This document shows positions 62,606 to 64,000 of a stretch of DNA of 64,000 nucleotides, piece by piece. The stretch is from Phormidesmis sp. (lineage in GTDB: Bacteria; Cyanobacteriota; Cyanobacteriia; Leptolyngbyales; Leptolyngbyaceae). The notes beneath the pieces are model-generated. The model was not told the origin of the DNA and did not search any database. It saw only the letters and a program-made list of their open reading frames with translations. How positions within the stretch are numbered: the first letter of the stretch is position 1; each line of letters starts with the position of its first letter. Location of the stretch: the NCBI GenBank assembly GCA_965248535.1, contig CBDFJR010000005.1, forward strand, positions 1,152,001 through 1,216,000, written 5' to 3'. The translations under genes and the position numbers were made by a program.

Positions 62606-64000
62606 TCATCCTTTTGCAAAGAGCGATCGCTCAGTACATTTGATATTTTTCGGGTCGTAATAGGGCTGCCACCATTTCTGCGCGGCATCTTTCCCCTGCA
62701 ACACCAGCGGCGTGGCAGTGGTTGCTGTACTCATCGCGACGCGGAAGTGGAAGTGATCAATGAGTCGGATGGCTTCGACTGCATAAGCTGTCACAATGGC
62801 TGGGTCGTAAATAGCTAACAAGTTATCGCCATTGTCCTGCTCACCTCCCGCTGCCAAATTAGACGAACCTGTAAACACCACAGGATTGTCTCCGTTAAAA
62901 TCCACCACAATAAACTTATGGTGGATCACTTGTCCCATTCCCCCTTCCCACTCTTGATCAAACGGGGGTGGCACTTTGCTTTTGAGATAGCTAAACGAAA
63001 CGAGTAATCCATTGCTGGCATCGGGCTTGTACAGATTTAACCCTTTATCCGTCTGAGTCACCCCATAGGAGAAAACATTGGGGTTAGCACCGAGGGCTTT
63101 GAGGTCATCTAACACCACGCCACTCCCTGCCAGTTCCATAATCGCGTAGAGGACTGACCCCTTTGCCTGCTCGATCGCACTGGCCACTTTTTTAAGAGAG
63201 ATATCTGCCGAAATATGGGGTGAAAAGCAGACCGAACACGAGGGAATACCCTGTCCTTTGAGGTCAAACCACTGCGCGGCGATCGCAGATTTTGCAAATC
63301 CTGCCATGCTGCTAAAGGCTTCGTTAAATGCTTGCTCATAGAGGTCAGCGGTCGGAGCATCCTCAAAAACCAGCACATTGTTTGCCTGCACATACAGACC
63401 GCGAACAGAGAAATTTGCAGACCCTGTTAAGACTTTAACCGCCTTGCCATTTTTCTTCTGAATCAGAACTTTACAGTGAGCAAAGCGATGAAAGTGCCCC
63501 ACCTTGATATTAGCTGCTCCAGCAGAGGCGATAAGCTTGGCTTTTGCCAATGGCTCCATTGCTGTCGCCCCTGTGTGCAAAGGCGCATCGTCCAAGACGG
63601 CTCTTAAGCGACTCCCTAACTTCTCCAACGATCGGATCACGTCAGGTTCATCTAAGTCATAGGCAAACAAATCGACGGTAATTTCTGGGTCAGCAAGGCA
63701 CTCCTCAATGAAGCTGAACACTAACTTCCGAGCATGATAGCCCAGCCATTCATACTGCTGTTCGTAAGGCGCGGTATCGTAGTCGATCGACTTCTGAGCC
63801 GGACGAAATGGCGCGTTTTTGAACTTAGCAGCATATGCCTGCGACGAGAGATCGCCCCGCGTAAAGCCGAATTCAAATTTCTCGTACTGCTGGGGCAGGA
63901 GGTCAACCGCAACGGTTGCAGTTGCGCCTGACTTAAGACCCCCACTGGCTTGGAAATACATGGCCGTGACTTGATAGTGGTAAGACCCTGGCACAATGGT
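62606..64000 (-). CDS. Phospholipase D-superfamily protein, 5' end outside the window
   Basis: HCKVLIQK...TGSANFS and HHKFIVVD...TGSSNL motifs. Confidence 0.85.
   Translation of the reverse strand, partial: TIVPGSYHYQVTAMYFQASGGLKSGATATVAVDLLPQQYEKFEFGFTRGDLSSQAYAAKFKNAPFRPAQKSIDYDTAPYEQQYEWLGYHARKLVFSFIEECLADPEITVDLFAYDLDEPDVIRSLEKLGSRLRAVLDDAPLHTGATAMEPLAKAKLIASAGAANIKVGHFHRFAHCKVLIQKKNGKAVKVLTGSANFSVRGLYVQANNVLVFEDAPTADLYEQAFNEAFSSMAGFAKSAIAAQWFDLKGQGIPSCSVCFSPHISADISLKKVASAIEQAKGSVLYAIMELAGSGVVLDDLKALGANPNVFSYGVTQTDKGLNLYKPDASNGLLVSFSYLKSKVPPPFDQEWEGGMGQVIHHKFIVVDFNGDNPVVFTGSSNLAAGGEQDNGDNLLAIYDPAIVTAYAVEAIRLIDHFHFRVAMSTATTATPLVLQGKDAAQKWWQPYYDPKNIKCTERSLFAKG

Overview
Cyanobacterial DNA, judged from dense GCGATCGC HIP1 sites, Uma2 endonucleases and a gap1-type GAPDH; probably a filamentous Leptolyngbya-like taxon (inference). 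About 1-34.8 kb is chromosomal. It holds GT4 glycosyltransferases, a TPP riboswitch with thiC, a large secreted M10 metalloprotease, truB, ligA, gap1, a GH15-like protein, a histidine kinase and dusB. It is interrupted by a MITE, an unassigned multi-hairpin RNA candidate, a toxin-antitoxin cassette patch with attC-like sites and an ATPase + NB-ARC-TPR pair. From about 34.9 kb to the end the content is plasmid or island-like. It carries a LexA paralogue lacking the Ala-Gly cleavage site and a complete ExbBD-TonB-receptor-MbnP-MbnH metal uptake module. These are followed by a dead IS that truncates an M.PvuII-like methylase, a mobC-relaxase module with a fully nested second gene, a parC-parM-parR-like locus and an ArsR/P1B-ATPase/CDF efflux cluster. 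Several otherwise intact genes carry single-base frameshifts that look like assembly errors. No tRNA, rRNA or CRISPR array was seen. All assignments come from reading the sequence; no searches were run.
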